Assembly (NCBI GenBank): GCA_949297305.1
Contig: CASFSG010000018.1
Location: 4,901 to 68,900, forward strand
From: an uncultured bacterium
Lineage (GTDB): Bacteria; Bacillota_I; Bacilli_A; RFN20; CAG-826
Length of the DNA: 64,000 bases
Reading direction: 5' to 3'
Shown piece after piece: positions 36,941-48,586 of this stretch (positions are counted from its first letter, which is position 1; every line of letters starts with the position of its first letter). The translations under genes and the position numbers were made by a program. The notes beneath the pieces were generated by a model, which saw nothing but the letters and a program-made list of their open reading frames with translations, did not search any database and was not told where the DNA came from.

Positions 36941-38134
36941 ATGAAATTATTTAAGTCGCGAATTGATTTATATAAAGATAAGGGTGATGCTTCATTATCG
37001 AAGCGTCTCATCGCTTTAATTATCGATTTCTTTTTATTACTTATGACGACGCTTTTGCTTTATTTAGGAACGAATCAAATCGTCATAAATAACCAAATGT
37101 ATCAAAGATATGAAAAGCAAGTTAAAGATGAAATCGCTTATTATAATCATCTTTTGAATGAGACGCATATCATCGATTTTAACGACGATGATTTAATGGT
37201 TCGTTATGATGTTGATTCGATGGCTTTAAAATTATTAAGCCTACATATCTCTTTATCTTATCAAAAAGACGCGAACAATGATTTTACGGTTGTGCCTAAA
37301 GAATGTTTAGATGTCGGTATCGCATCAATTAATGAGGATTTTCTCTCATATTTTTATACTGTGTATGTGCCTAAACATAACACGAATAATGCTTTTATTG
37401 ATTTTGGCGGCGTCGATCCTCTAATTTATTATAAAAACTTAATGAAGGGGTACGCTGGCAATCAATTTGATAATTATTTCATTTTTGGTGAAGAGGACGA
37501 GCTATTTTATTTAAGACCTTATGTGGCGAATCGGATCTACCATTATTATTTTCTTGAAGAGGATAAGGGAGAATCCGAATATCAATACATTTCACAATTA
37601 TTTTACTATGCAATTGAAGAGGCTGAATTGACTCTAATTAATTCTTCGCCATATTATGAGGAACACTATCTACCTTATCGAGAAGCGTATGCAAATCAAG
37701 GTAATATCATCAACTTAGCGTTCCTTTTAACAAGTTATGTCGCTTACTTAATTATTATTGTTTTGCCTCAATTAGTTTTTAATGATGCGGTTACTTTAGG
37801 TAAATTAGCGATGGGTATTGCTATCATCTCGAAAAGAAGACAAAAACTTAAATGGTACTTTAAGTTAATTAGGATGATAGGGGGATTACTTATTAGCCCT
37901 TTATCCTCGCTTCTTATTCCAGTATTACCGATGTTTAATTTTAATTTCACAACCTTTAATCTACCATTATTAGGGTCAGGTTTCACTTACGGATGGTTTT
38001 TAGTAATTCTTGCAAGTTTGTTATTAATTAATGGCTTAGTTGCCCTATTTAATCACCGTCATTTTTCTTTGATGGATTATCTAACATCATCGATTGTAAT
38101 CGATAAAAATAAAATGCAAGAATACGCTGAATAA
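36941..38134 (+). CDS. RDD-family-like membrane protein
   Basis: KRLIALIIDFFLLLMTTLL is an RDD-type first helix, and further TM helices occur near the C-terminus. Confidence 0.4.
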   Translation: MKLFKSRIDLYKDKGDASLSKRLIALIIDFFLLLMTTLLLYLGTNQIVINNQMYQRYEKQVKDEIAYYNHLLNETHIIDFNDDDLMVRYDVDSMALKLLSLHISLSYQKDANNDFTVVPKECLDVGIASINEDFLSYFYTVYVPKHNTNNAFIDFGGVDPLIYYKNLMKGYAGNQFDNYFIFGEEDELFYLRPYVANRIYHYYFLEEDKGESEYQYISQLFYYAIEEAELTLINSSPYYEEHYLPYREAYANQGNIINLAFLLTSYVAYLIIIVLPQLVFNDAVTLGKLAMGIAIISKRRQKLKWYFKLIRMIGGLLISPLSSLLIPVLPMFNFNFTTFNLPLLGSGFTYGWFLVILASLLLINGLVALFNHRHFSLMDYLTSSIVIDKNKMQEYAE

Positions 38135-38210
38135 ATATCGATAAAATCTATGATTTTCCCTCATTATTTTTAATGTTATAAATGCATAGATTTTTCTTTT
38201 AATATGATAA

Positions 38211-38224
38211 TGTAAGCGTTTACA
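38211..38224 (+). promoter_or_regulatory. Catabolite-responsive element (cre) upstream of the sugar ABC operon
   Basis: TGTAAGCGTTTACA matches TGWAANCGNTNWCA at every constrained position and is the near reverse complement of the cre at 30164. It lies about 28 bp upstream of the ATG at 38252. Confidence 0.6.
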
Positions 38225-38251
38225 TATTTTATGGACGCATAAGGAGGAAAT

Positions 38252-39868
38252 ATGAAAATTAATAAAAGTTATCCTATTGCCTTAGGCGCTTTGCTAGTTG
38301 CTGGAGCTTGTGCTTTAACTAGTTGCCCAGGTGGTTCGAGCAGTGGTGGTGGCACCGGTGGCGGTTCTGGTGGAGGTAGTGATATTGACACAATCGTCAA
38401 TGATGTGGAAATGGAAGAGGATAAAGTAATTTTTGCCAATGAAGAAATTTATGTCTGGACGATCGTTGGTGATCCCGACTTAGCCGGGCAAAAAGTTCTT
38501 TTTGAAGAATTCAACCGCGAATACCGTGGGGAAATTGCTTTAAGTTATCGCAATGTTGGTCACTATGACTTCTATAACACTTTAGAAGATACTTGGGCGA
38601 ACGATCCTGAATCTTTCCCTGATTTAATCATTATGCATAATGAAAAAACTGCGCAATACGCTCATCAAGGAATGATTCGTCAAATCGATTCGATTTTAGA
38701 AAATCCGGAATGGTCATCTTATTATGAATACGATTTTTCACAAGCTTATGAAAATATCGATCGTTCACAATTTTATAATGGCCATCGCTATGGCATTCCA
38801 ATGGATGCCCATGGTTTCTTAACCCACATTCGTCAAGATATCATTAAGAAAAATAATTTAGGCTTTGACAATAATACGCGTTTTGTTCCTGAATCGCGCG
38901 CTGAATATCAACAATTACTTGAAGGTCTACGTCAAAAAGCTGATTCGAGCGAAGGACTATTAGTTCGCAATCTCAACAAAGGTCAAAATCACGCTTGGAA
39001 GAAAGTTAATGCTAGCGTTTTCCTTCCAGAATTCAACCAATCGACCGATCCTGATGGTTTAGGTGCTATCTATGCCAATGGCGGTCGCCTCGCTAGCGAA
39101 GATGGTTTAACAATTGAATTCCATCAAAATCAAGGTTTCCAAACATACTTAACTGATTTAGTCGATCGCTGGAACAATCGTTTAATGGGTGAGCCAGGCA
39201 CTAATGTTGAATCCTTCTCACAAGGTAATACAGTCATGTTCTCCGAAGGTCCTTGGTGGACATATGGTCAATATGATAATGATATGAATAACGATGAATT
39301 AAAGACTGCGAATTCGGCTTTAGGCGTCACGGAAGATGATGCAAATGATCCTGTCTATTCTAACCCAATGATTGCTGTTAATTCAGCAGGTTTTTGGACG
39401 CTAGATGATAATTTAAGTAGTGAAAATGGTCATAAATGGTACGCGAATGGCCATGCCTTTAGCATCTCTTCAAGAGTTACCTCTTTGACGAAGATTTATG
39501 CCTGTTTAGAATTCATCAATTGGTATACTCAAGGTCAAGAGGAAGATGGTTCCTATCGTTTGGCAGAATGGTGCCGTTATGGTCATATGCCTGCTTATAA
39601 AAATGTTTATGAATCGCAAGGCTATCAAGATTTAATGGCTGAAAACCTCACCGTTCGCGGCTTAGGTTCTCCTGAAGACGTCATTTCGATGGAAGCATTG
39701 CCATATCAAGTGACAATCTTTGATTGCGTCGCTAACTGCGTAAATAATGTCATTATGGGCTTAAAAGGCGGCACGATTACTGATACCGCCGGAGCACTTC
39801 AAGCGATGAATGAAACTGTCACCAGTGCTCAAACGATGCTCGACTTAATGTCTAGCGGTATTTTCTAA
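38252..39868 (+). CDS. ABC sugar transporter substrate-binding lipoprotein
   Basis: The lipobox is LTSCPGG and a Gly/Ser linker follows. The fold is consistent with a family-1 solute-binding protein. An AAGGAGG RBS is present. Confidence 0.7.
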   Translation: MKINKSYPIALGALLVAGACALTSCPGGSSSGGGTGGGSGGGSDIDTIVNDVEMEEDKVIFANEEIYVWTIVGDPDLAGQKVLFEEFNREYRGEIALSYRNVGHYDFYNTLEDTWANDPESFPDLIIMHNEKTAQYAHQGMIRQIDSILENPEWSSYYEYDFSQAYENIDRSQFYNGHRYGIPMDAHGFLTHIRQDIIKKNNLGFDNNTRFVPESRAEYQQLLEGLRQKADSSEGLLVRNLNKGQNHAWKKVNASVFLPEFNQSTDPDGLGAIYANGGRLASEDGLTIEFHQNQGFQTYLTDLVDRWNNRLMGEPGTNVESFSQGNTVMFSEGPWWTYGQYDNDMNNDELKTANSALGVTEDDANDPVYSNPMIAVNSAGFWTLDDNLSSENGHKWYANGHAFSISSRVTSLTKIYACLEFINWYTQGQEEDGSYRLAEWCRYGHMPAYKNVYESQGYQDLMAENLTVRGLGSPEDVISMEALPYQVTIFDCVANCVNNVIMGLKGGTITDTAGALQAMNETVTSAQTMLDLMSSGIF

Positions 39869-39905
39869 AAGTAATCTAATTCTTTAAATAAAGGAGTAGC
39901 AAATT

Positions 39906-40991
39906 ATGGGGAGTAAGGCAGTCGTTTTAGAAGAATACTCTAAAAAACATTCGAAATTCATTTCGTTATTAAAAAAATATGGATTGGTAATCCTCTTCCT
40001 TTCTCCCTTTATGATTTGCTTCCTCATCTTCTTTGTTTATCCTTTATTTTATGGCATTTATATTTCGCTCACTAATTACAAATTATCTTCACCAGGTGCT
40101 GAAACATTAAATGATTTTTTATGGTATAAGATTATTTTTGGCACAACAGGAAATAAAGCCTATGGCTTAATTAGTGAAGCTTTCTGGCGATCATTTTTAC
40201 ACACGATAATCTTTGCGATTATTATGGTTCCTGTCGCCGTTATTGTTCCTACTTTATTAGCTATTTTAGTCAACTCTAAACCAATTGGTTATAAGGTGTT
40301 TAGATGCTTAATTTATATGCCATCAATCGTGCCTTTAACCGCTGCCGGCACAGTCTTCGTTCTTTTGTTTTTACCGCCGCAAACCCATGGTTTACTCGCA
40401 ACTTGGTTCCCAGGGATTGGACCAACCGAGTGGTTCCTTGAATCGTGGTTTACTTTTAAAATCGGTGATATCACTTTCGATGTTGCTTACGCATGGATTC
40501 CAATTTTCTTAATGTGCTTCTGGGGTGGATGGGGTTCTAACTTCATCATCATCTCAGCTGGTCTACAAAACATTCCTAAGTCTTTATATGAGGCCGCTAG
40601 TATCGATGGATGTGGTGCCTTTAAGAAAATGATGAAAGTGACGATTCCAGGAATTAAAGGTCAATTAGTCTTGTGTTTATTTACGACTATTATTGGTTAT
40701 ATGGGTTTATATGGTCAAAACTATGTCTTATCAAGCGGTGGCCCCGATTTTACTTGGTTAGCGGCTTTACCAGCTGGTGGTAAGACTTCGACAATTATTT
40801 ATTTTATTCAAGATATCGTTGCAAATAATTCGAACTTCCGTACAAACCTTTATGGCTTAGGGGCGGCTGCTAGTATTATCTTTGCTATTTCAGTAGCCAT
40901 CATTACTGGCGTTCAAATGTATTTTACCCGCGATAAGAAAAGTGGCGCGGTCTTAAAGAAGGAGTTTTTACGATGGAAGGAAGTAGCGTAA
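39906..40991 (+). CDS. ABC sugar transporter permease (MalF/UgpA-type)
   Basis: Six TM helices and the EAA-like loop EAASIDGCGAFKKMMKVTIPGIK. Confidence 0.85.
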   Translation: MGSKAVVLEEYSKKHSKFISLLKKYGLVILFLSPFMICFLIFFVYPLFYGIYISLTNYKLSSPGAETLNDFLWYKIIFGTTGNKAYGLISEAFWRSFLHTIIFAIIMVPVAVIVPTLLAILVNSKPIGYKVFRCLIYMPSIVPLTAAGTVFVLLFLPPQTHGLLATWFPGIGPTEWFLESWFTFKIGDITFDVAYAWIPIFLMCFWGGWGSNFIIISAGLQNIPKSLYEAASIDGCGAFKKMMKVTIPGIKGQLVLCLFTTIIGYMGLYGQNYVLSSGGPDFTWLAALPAGGKTSTIIYFIQDIVANNSNFRTNLYGLGAAASIIFAISVAIITGVQMYFTRDKKSGAVLKKEFLRWKEVA

Positions 40992-41917
40992 TTCAATATT
41001 TTGCCTTACCCACTAGAGATAATCGTAAGGCTCCAAAATTAAAAGTTAATTATAGTAAAATAATTTCCTTTATCTTTTTAACATTATTTTGTTTACTTTG
41101 GATTTCACCATTTATCATCATGATATTTGGTTCTTTAAGAGGTCATTATGATACGACTTATTATCCTGGTGAACTCTTTCCGCCTCATAGTGGTTTTACC
41201 CTTGAAAACTACAAGATGATTTTGCTAGGGATTTATCCAGATGATGTCGTTCATAATACTTCGCAAGATGCTCAAATTGGCTATTGGTTTTTAAATAGTT
41301 GTTATTCGGCTATAGGAGGGACATTACTTTATTTATTTATCGCCTCATTAACTGCTTATGTCTTTGTCTTTGTCGATTTTAAATATCGCAAAGTTTTATT
41401 TGCTATTTTAATTGCCAGTATGGTCGTTCCTGGCACTGCGACTAGCATCGGTAACCAAACGACGATTTTCCATACTGGATTAAATACCTCGATGTTAGGT
41501 TTAATTATTCCGTCTTTATGTGGCGTTTACGGCATGTATTTAATTAAAACTTTCTTTGAAGGTATTCCAAAAGAGCTCGTCGAATCTGCTAAAATGGATG
41601 GTTGCTCTAACATTGAAATATTCGTAAAAATTATTCTTCCATTAGGTAAAACAGTTTTATATGTTCAAGGTCTATTTGGCTTTATGGGCGGCTGGAATGA
41701 TTTGGTGTGGCCACAAATGTTATTTGGTACACAAGATTCAAAGCTTTGGACTTTGCAAGTAGGTATTTCATATATCATTAACAATTCGCGAACATCTGAC
41801 TTAATTGGTAGCGCGCTCGCTAGTGGTGTCATCTGTTTATTACCAGTTTTAGTCGTTTATTTAATTGCTCAAAATAAGATTATAGAAGGTATGTCTAGTG
41901 CAGGCATAAAGAGGTAA
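40973..41917 (+). CDS. ABC sugar transporter permease (MalG/UgpE-type)
   Basis: Six TM helices and the EAA loop ESAKMDGCSNIEIFVKIILPLGK. Confidence 0.85.
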   Translation: MEGSSVIQYFALPTRDNRKAPKLKVNYSKIISFIFLTLFCLLWISPFIIMIFGSLRGHYDTTYYPGELFPPHSGFTLENYKMILLGIYPDDVVHNTSQDAQIGYWFLNSCYSAIGGTLLYLFIASLTAYVFVFVDFKYRKVLFAILIASMVVPGTATSIGNQTTIFHTGLNTSMLGLIIPSLCGVYGMYLIKTFFEGIPKELVESAKMDGCSNIEIFVKIILPLGKTVLYVQGLFGFMGGWNDLVWPQMLFGTQDSKLWTLQVGISYIINNSRTSDLIGSALASGVICLLPVLVVYLIAQNKIIEGMSSAGIKR

Positions 41918-41922
41918 AAAAG

Positions 41923-43680
41923 ATGCGTAATGAATATCCACGTCCATTAAAAAGAAGAGATTCTTTCATTTCCTTAAACAAAGAATGGGAATTTGCTTTT
42001 GATGATTTAAATGTTGGACATAAGGAAAAATGGTTTAACAATCATCACTATGATAAAAAAATCAATGTGCCATTTTGCTTTCAAGCTAAACTAAGTGGTA
42101 TCGGTGATACTTCCTTTCATGATCATGTTTGGTATAAAACAAAACTCGATCATCTTCCTTTAAAAGAGGATGAACGACTTTTAATTAATTTTATGGGTGT
42201 CGATTATTATTGCGAAGTTTATCTTAACGGAATGATGATTAAGACCCATTATGGAGCAGCGGGAATGTTTTACGCGGATTTAACGGATTACTTATCGCAA
42301 GAAGACAATATTCTCGTCGTTTATTGCTATGATCCTAGCGTAGATAAATCGATTCCACGTGGTAAACAAGATTGGGAACTCATTGGACATGCGATTTGGT
42401 ATACGAGAACAACTGGGATTTATAAGCCCGTTTTTCTCGAAGTGGTTAATGAAAAACATTTAGAAAATTTCTATCTTAAAACCGATGTCGATAATTTAGA
42501 AGTGACCATCGATTTAGAAACTAATTTTTCTAGTGGTTATGCCAATTTTGTCGTGAGTGACTCTCATCGCGCGATTAACTATGAAATGCCGATTAAGAAA
42601 AATAAAGATTTTTATAATTTTAAATTAGATGAGAATTTCGTTAACGGACGATTATATTCTTATCAGCACCCTTTCTTATTTGATTTAAAGATTGAGTTAT
42701 ATGATGAAGGTCATCAACTAAAAGATGTCGTTTATTCATATTTTGGTCTACGCAAAATCGAAACGCGCGATAAAAAGGTCTACATTAATAACGAATATGT
42801 TTACCAAAAGTTAGTCTTAAATCAAGGCTATAACATCGAAGGAATCTTAACTTATCCAACTATTGAGATGATGGAGCAAGATATTCGCTATATGATGGAG
42901 ATGGGCTTCAATGGTTGTCGCATTCATCAAAAAGTTGAAGATCAATATTTCCTTTATTTGTGCGACAAAATGGGCTTTATTGTTTGGCAAGAGCAAGGCA
43001 GCGCCTATGGCTATACTTCTTTAAATCCCCGTCGAATGCTCAATGAATGGATTGACATTGTTAAAGAAAACTATAATCATCCATCGATTATTGCTTACAC
43101 ACCTTTAAATGAATCTTGGGGAATCGAAGGCATTCCTAATTCAAAAATTATTCAAGCACATGCTTTAAGTTTATATTATCTAATTAAATCGCTCGATGAT
43201 ACACGCTTAGTTATTTCTAATGATGGTTGGGAACATTGCAAAACTGATTTAATTACAATTCATAATTATGATCACGGGGCAAAAGATGAACAAGCAAAGC
43301 AAAAACGCTTTGAAGATCTTTTATCGACACGCGAAAAGATTTTGCGTAAAGAAAATATCAATCGTTATATTCTTCTTCCTGGCTATCTTGACGAAGGTCA
43401 GCCGATTTTATTGACAGAATTTGGTGGTGTAGCCTATCGCGTGCAAGCATATAACGGACAAGATTGGGGATATACTACCTCGGCAAACCTAGATGAATAT
43501 AAAGCCGATTTAAAGCGCATTTATTTAGCGATTAGTAAATCGCAATGTATCGAAGGTATTTGTTATACCCAATTTAGTGATGTTGAACAAGAAATTAATG
43601 GTTTGATGACTTATGATCGCAAATACAAAGTCGATCCCAAATACATCAAGGAATTGAATGATTCTTTAGGAGGAAAATAA
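41923..43680 (+). CDS. Glycoside hydrolase, GH2-like (cytoplasmic)
   Basis: There is no signal peptide. The N-terminal sugar-binding-like region ([11 protein letters not shown]) and the TIM-barrel segment [30 protein letters not shown] resemble GH2, but the family call is tentative. Confidence 0.5.
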   Translation: MRNEYPRPLKRRDSFISLNKEWEFAFDDLNVGHKEKWFNNHHYDKKINVPFCFQAKLSGIGDTSFHDHVWYKTKLDHLPLKEDERLLINFMGVDYYCEVYLNGMMIKTHYGAAGMFYADLTDYLSQEDNILVVYCYDPSVDKSIPRGKQDWELIGHAIWYTRTTGIYKPVFLEVVNEKHLENFYLKTDVDNLEVTIDLETNFSSGYANFVVSDSHRAINYEMPIKKNKDFYNFKLDENFVNGRLYSYQHPFLFDLKIELYDEGHQLKDVVYSYFGLRKIETRDKKVYINNEYVYQKLVLNQGYNIEGILTYPTIEMMEQDIRYMMEMGFNGCRIHQKVEDQYFLYLCDKMGFIVWQEQGSAYGYTSLNPRRMLNEWIDIVKENYNHPSIIAYTPLNESWGIEGIPNSKIIQAHALSLYYLIKSLDDTRLVISNDGWEHCKTDLITIHNYDHGAKDEQAKQKRFEDLLSTREKILRKENINRYILLPGYLDEGQPILLTEFGGVAYRVQAYNGQDWGYTTSANLDEYKADLKRIYLAISKSQCIEGICYTQFSDVEQEINGLMTYDRKYKVDPKYIKELNDSLGGK

Positions 43681-43681
43681 A

Positions 43682-46435
43682 ATGGCAAATGAAATTCGTG
43701 GCGATATGGTTGTCTCAAAGAAAGAAGCAAGGCGCATTTTAAAAGCAAATGAACACCGCATACAAGATACGAATGTCACTTCTTTTGTTTCTTTAAAAGA
43801 TATCAATAAGATTTACCCTAATGGAGTGCAGGCGGTTTATGATTTTAATCTCGATATCGATAAGCATGATTTTGTCGTTTTAGTTGGGCCTAGTGGTTGT
43901 GGTAAATCGACAACTTTAAGAATGATTGCTGGTTTAGAAGATATCACTAGTGGTTATTTATATATCGATAAAGTTTTAAGCAATTATCTCGAAAGCAAAA
44001 ACCGCGATATTTCGATGGTCTTCCAAAGTTATGCCCTCTATCCTCAAATGACCGTTTATGATAACATCGCCTTCCCTTTAAAAGTGAGGAAATACCCGAA
44101 AGTAGTTGTCAATTATAAACTTAAGTATAGTCATCAATTAATCGATATTTTAAATAATATTTCAAAAGCGCGCGTCGCAATTATTAATTCTTTAAATCTA
44201 GATGATAAAAAAATTAATAAAATACGTTATTTATCTAAAGCTTTAAAGGTTGATTTTAAAGTTGGTAAAGAATTACTAGGCTTTGCTAGTCAAGTGATTG
44301 ATCAATTATCTCTTAATCGCACGCGCCTCGAGATATTAGCAAAAGAACGCATCGAAAAAGAAGAAGCGAATTTAAGAAAGAATAATACAATTTGGAATGA
44401 TAAATTTGAAATTGTTTATGATGGTTCTAAGCATGGGTCTATCGATGTCATTTTACTTCGTAATCACGAATTAATCTATTTATTAGAAAAGCGTTACGAA
44501 GACATCTTAGACGCTTTAGACGATGCCTATGATCCAAAAGTTAAAGTACGCGACAAGGCTTCTTTTGTTGCTAAAAAATTAAAAATTAATCTCAATTCTG
44601 CACGTTTTATTTGCGAAAATAACGTTATTTTAATTAAGCGCGATGCGAATGACATCACTAATTTACTCGCCAAATTAAAAGCGGAAATAGTCTCGCGCGA
44701 AGAAGATATTAAAAATAGTGGTAAATTTATTAACGACCATTTTGAAATCGTTGATTCGCTTGATGAAAAGCATGAAATTAAAGTTAATGAGGTTTTGAAA
44801 GTCAATCACCAAATTTTAGATATTTTGGAAAATCATTTCGATGAATTTAGACTCGAAGATAAAGATGCGAGTTATGAGGATTTAGCGAATAAATATCACG
44901 TTGAAATTCAAACGATTAGTGAACTTCGTAAATATCGTACATTATCGAACGCTGAAATCGAAAATAATATCGCTATAAAGATTAAAGAATTAAATGAACG
45001 CATCGCTAGCGAGGAAGCCTCTATAAAAGAAAAAGGTATCAAAATTAACGAGCGATATGAAATCTTAGACGATAACAATCAACCATTAGTCAAAAAAGTT
45101 AAGCTCAATAAAGAAGAAATTCGCGAGAAAGTTTTTAACGCTGCTAATGTTCTCGATTTAGGACCTTATTTAGATCGCCGTCCAAAAGAACTTTCTGGCG
45201 GTCAAATGCAACGTGTCGCTTTAGGTAGAGCGATTGTTAGGAACGCGAAATTATTCTTGATGGATGAACCTTTATCAAACTTAGATGCGAAACTACGCGT
45301 TCAAATGCGTTCGGAAATCGTTTTGCTCCATGAACGCATTGGAGCGACGACAATTTACGTTACACATGACCAAACTGAAGCGATGACGATGGGAACAAAA
45401 ATCGTCGTTATGTCTAAAGGATGGGTGCAACAAGTTGGCACGCCGCAATATGTCTATGATCATCCTTCGAATCTTTTTGTGGCTACATTTATCGGCTCGC
45501 CTTCGATGAATATTTTAGAAGCGAATATCAACAAAAATAAATTGACATTAAATAACGGTTATTCTGTCGATTTAGGTAAAGATTTTAAAAAGATTCATGA
45601 TGATTTCTATAAGCGCAAAATCATGGAATGCGAAAAAATGTTAATCACCCTAGATAAGAAGGTGGAAGTGCAATGTTTAAATATTTTTAACTATATTAAA
45701 GAACTTGCTCGTAGCGACTTCATTAATAAAAAAGATGAAATCATTACTAACTTTGATTTCATGCTTGAAAAGATTAAACTTTCGAAAAAAGATAGTTCCA
45801 CTAATTTGTTTAAAGCGACTGAGCAAGCTAAAAAGTTTACTAGCGAAGCGGATAAATTTGATGGCGATGTCGTTGAAACTTACGACATCTTAGAAAGCTT
45901 ATTAAAGAATTATGAATCGATTCATAAATCTGATATTGCAAAGATTTTCTCTGCTCAAGCTTTTGAAAAAGAAAATAAAGAAAATAAAGAAGTTAAAGAA
46001 TTATCCTATGATGGTCGTAAGCATGAGAACATCTTTGCTCGTCTATCTAATAAGATTAAAAATGTTCAAGTTAAACATAAATTACCCGATTTAGAAATCG
46101 GCGATCCCTATGAATATTTAACTAATCTTAAAAAGACATACGAAGACGCCTTAAAAGGCGAACATATGATTAAAGTTGGTATTCGTCCTGAAAATATTCA
46201 TTTAGCTAGAGAATATAATAAAGAAACGAAGACCGATAATTTTAAAGTCAAAATTGAAGTTGTTGAACTTATGGGTAATGAAGCGTTAATTCATGCACCT
46301 TTTGCTGGTGTCGATTTATTAGCAAAAATAGTCAATGGTCGCAAATCGCTAAAAGCCCATGACGAGGTCGAATTAACTTGCAACAAAGAAAAACTTCATA
46401 TCTTTGATGCTTCTAGTGGAGAAACAATAATTTAA
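43682..46435 (+). CDS. MalK/MsmK-like ABC sugar-import ATPase carrying two giant insertions (917 aa)
   Basis: Walker A is GPSGCGKST and the Q-loop is [10 protein letters not shown] ~340-aa Lys/Glu-rich insert follows, then [14 protein letters not shown], Walker [13 protein letters not shown] and H-loop VTHDQ. A second ~270-aa insert follows, then the TOBE-like C-terminus (GIRPENIHL...[11 protein letters not shown]). Confidence 0.8.
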   Translation: MANEIRGDMVVSKKEARRILKANEHRIQDTNVTSFVSLKDINKIYPNGVQAVYDFNLDIDKHDFVVLVGPSGCGKSTTLRMIAGLEDITSGYLYIDKVLSNYLESKNRDISMVFQSYALYPQMTVYDNIAFPLKVRKYPKVVVNYKLKYSHQLIDILNNISKARVAIINSLNLDDKKINKIRYLSKALKVDFKVGKELLGFASQVIDQLSLNRTRLEILAKERIEKEEANLRKNNTIWNDKFEIVYDGSKHGSIDVILLRNHELIYLLEKRYEDILDALDDAYDPKVKVRDKASFVAKKLKINLNSARFICENNVILIKRDANDITNLLAKLKAEIVSREEDIKNSGKFINDHFEIVDSLDEKHEIKVNEVLKVNHQILDILENHFDEFRLEDKDASYEDLANKYHVEIQTISELRKYRTLSNAEIENNIAIKIKELNERIASEEASIKEKGIKINERYEILDDNNQPLVKKVKLNKEEIREKVFNAANVLDLGPYLDRRPKELSGGQMQRVALGRAIVRNAKLFLMDEPLSNLDAKLRVQMRSEIVLLHERIGATTIYVTHDQTEAMTMGTKIVVMSKGWVQQVGTPQYVYDHPSNLFVATFIGSPSMNILEANINKNKLTLNNGYSVDLGKDFKKIHDDFYKRKIMECEKMLITLDKKVEVQCLNIFNYIKELARSDFINKKDEIITNFDFMLEKIKLSKKDSSTNLFKATEQAKKFTSEADKFDGDVVETYDILESLLKNYESIHKSDIAKIFSAQAFEKENKENKEVKELSYDGRKHENIFARLSNKIKNVQVKHKLPDLEIGDPYEYLTNLKKTYEDALKGEHMIKVGIRPENIHLAREYNKETKTDNFKVKIEVVELMGNEALIHAPFAGVDLLAKIVNGRKSLKAHDEVELTCNKEKLHIFDASSGETII

Positions 46436-46438
46436 ATA

Positions 46439-48586
46439 ATGGAGCGACTTCTTTTTGAACACAATTCATTCATCTTTCATGAAGTGGGTTCCTTAGAAGT
46501 CGCTGATCCTTTCTTTTATCGCTATTTAGGTCGATATTATCTCATCTTTACTTCTCAAAAAGGCATTCGCTCATTTGTGAGTGAAGATTTAATCAATTAT
46601 TATCCGGTCGATAATAAAATTAATCCCCGCGGTTATATTTACTATCAAGACGATGATTTATCGTTTTACGCTCCAGAAATATTTTATTTTGATGGTGAAT
46701 ATTATTTGATTACTTCCCCTAATGGTGGTGGTCATATCGTTTTAAAATCATCGTCTTTGATTGGTCCTTATCTAAAAATCAGCGAAAATCTTCACGAAAT
46801 GATTGATGGCTCGTATTTTGTCGATAGCGATTTTAAAAAATATTTATTAAGAGCAGATGAAAATGGCATCATAATCGACAAAGTAGATAATTTCAATCGT
46901 TTAAAATTTAATAAAAATGGCCAAATTTCTTCTTTTAATATTAATAAGGCAAAACTAGGTGGATGGAATGAAGGTCCGATGATGATAAAAAGAATGGGCC
47001 GCTATTATTTAACCTTCACCGGCACGCATTTTCTTTCTAGTGCCTATCGCGTCGCTTATTTATCTAGCGATAAATTAAAGGCTAATAGTTTTTCTAAATG
47101 CCAGTTTCTTTTATTAAATACGCGTCGAGAATTTTGTGGCTTAGGTCATTCATCATTCTTTTTAGGTCCTGATTTAGATTCCTATTATATTGCCTATCAT
47201 CATTTAGATGAAAATAATCATCGCCATTTATCTATCTCGCGTTTAGTGTTTGATAAAGAAAAAATGTATGTTAATGATTACCATGATTTTCGCGATTGTG
47301 ATTTTAATTTTCAAGGGGAAAAATTATCCTATTTACAAGAGGGAAATTATATCTATCTAGATCAAAAATTAAATGATTATTCTTTTGAAGTATCTTTTTT
47401 AAACGCTCCAAGAATTTTATTGAGTTTAACAATCGATTCGTCTATCACCTTCGAACTCTCTTCTTCTCATTTGGCGATTAGAAAAAGAAGACTTTCGGAT
47501 GAAGCTATTTTAAAATCGCAAATCATCCCCTTTAAGAAAAAAATAAATATTGGTGTTTTGCATACCTTAAGAGTGCAAAAACGCGATAATTTATTGAATA
47601 TTTATTTAGATAATATTGAACTTGTGACGCATTTTAAATTAGATTTCTCACTCAATAATAAGATTGGTTATTTAAAAGAAGAACAAAACGATATCCTTTC
47701 TTTCAACTATTCAAAATATAGTTTTGGTAATAGCGATGCTTCCTTAAATAAAGTCGATATCATTATCCCTTTTTTATTTAATGATAAAGACGAAGAATAT
47801 TCACTTTATAGGGTGAAGAAAATTTGCGATGATAAATATCATTTTGATGTTTTGTTAAATGATAATATTACTGATTTTTCAATCTTTATCAATAAGAAAG
47901 AATATCGTTTTAATTCCTTGAATAAGGGTTTACATTCCTTAGGAGCTTTCTTTTTAAAAGCAGGGCTTAATGAGATTAAATTAAGTCGCGCGATAATCGA
48001 TAAGATTAATCTAATAAAAATAGATGAACATTTTGCGATTAGCCGCGATTTAGACATTAACTTTAATAGCTTTAATAAAGATGATTTCAATATTTTTCAT
48101 CGCTACCTCATCATTAATGATTATCTTTATTTTGAAAACGACCGCAATATCGTGCTCACTAAAGACATTTATGAAAATTTTATTTTGGCATGCACTTTTA
48201 ATTTAAGAAGCATTACAAGCGAAGGCCATTTTATCTCCTTGGTAATCTTAAATAAAAATTACGGTGAGAATAATGCTTATGAAGGTCCTTATTCCTTGGA
48301 TGGTTATCTTATTAATCTAGAAGGACATCATTTGAAGATCATCGATAATAATTTCGATCAAAAAGAAATTTTGCTATCAAAAAAAGTTAATTCTTTAAAA
48401 CCTCAAAATATCAAAGTTATCAAAAGCGATAATCTTTTAATCTTTTATTTAAATGAAAAAGAACTTTTAAGAACATCGATTAAATCGAATAACTTACGCG
48501 GTGCGGTAGGATTATATTCTTACCATGCGAGCGGTTATTATAAAAATTTAAAAATTTCAAATTTAGGAGGAGGAAAAAATGAATAA
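46439..48586 (+). CDS. GH43-like glycoside hydrolase (cytoplasmic, five-bladed beta-propeller type) with C-terminal beta-sandwich domains
   Basis: ADPFFYRYLGRYYLIFTS and LGGWNEGPMMIKRMGRYYLTFTG are paralogous to the 51438 protein. No signal peptide. Confidence 0.55.
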   Translation: MERLLFEHNSFIFHEVGSLEVADPFFYRYLGRYYLIFTSQKGIRSFVSEDLINYYPVDNKINPRGYIYYQDDDLSFYAPEIFYFDGEYYLITSPNGGGHIVLKSSSLIGPYLKISENLHEMIDGSYFVDSDFKKYLLRADENGIIIDKVDNFNRLKFNKNGQISSFNINKAKLGGWNEGPMMIKRMGRYYLTFTGTHFLSSAYRVAYLSSDKLKANSFSKCQFLLLNTRREFCGLGHSSFFLGPDLDSYYIAYHHLDENNHRHLSISRLVFDKEKMYVNDYHDFRDCDFNFQGEKLSYLQEGNYIYLDQKLNDYSFEVSFLNAPRILLSLTIDSSITFELSSSHLAIRKRRLSDEAILKSQIIPFKKKINIGVLHTLRVQKRDNLLNIYLDNIELVTHFKLDFSLNNKIGYLKEEQNDILSFNYSKYSFGNSDASLNKVDIIIPFLFNDKDEEYSLYRVKKICDDKYHFDVLLNDNITDFSIFINKKEYRFNSLNKGLHSLGAFFLKAGLNEIKLSRAIIDKINLIKIDEHFAISRDLDINFNSFNKDDFNIFHRYLIINDYLYFENDRNIVLTKDIYENFILACTFNLRSITSEGHFISLVILNKNYGENNAYEGPYSLDGYLINLEGHHLKIIDNNFDQKEILLSKKVNSLKPQNIKVIKSDNLLIFYLNEKELLRTSIKSNNLRGAVGLYSYHASGYYKNLKISNLGGGKNE

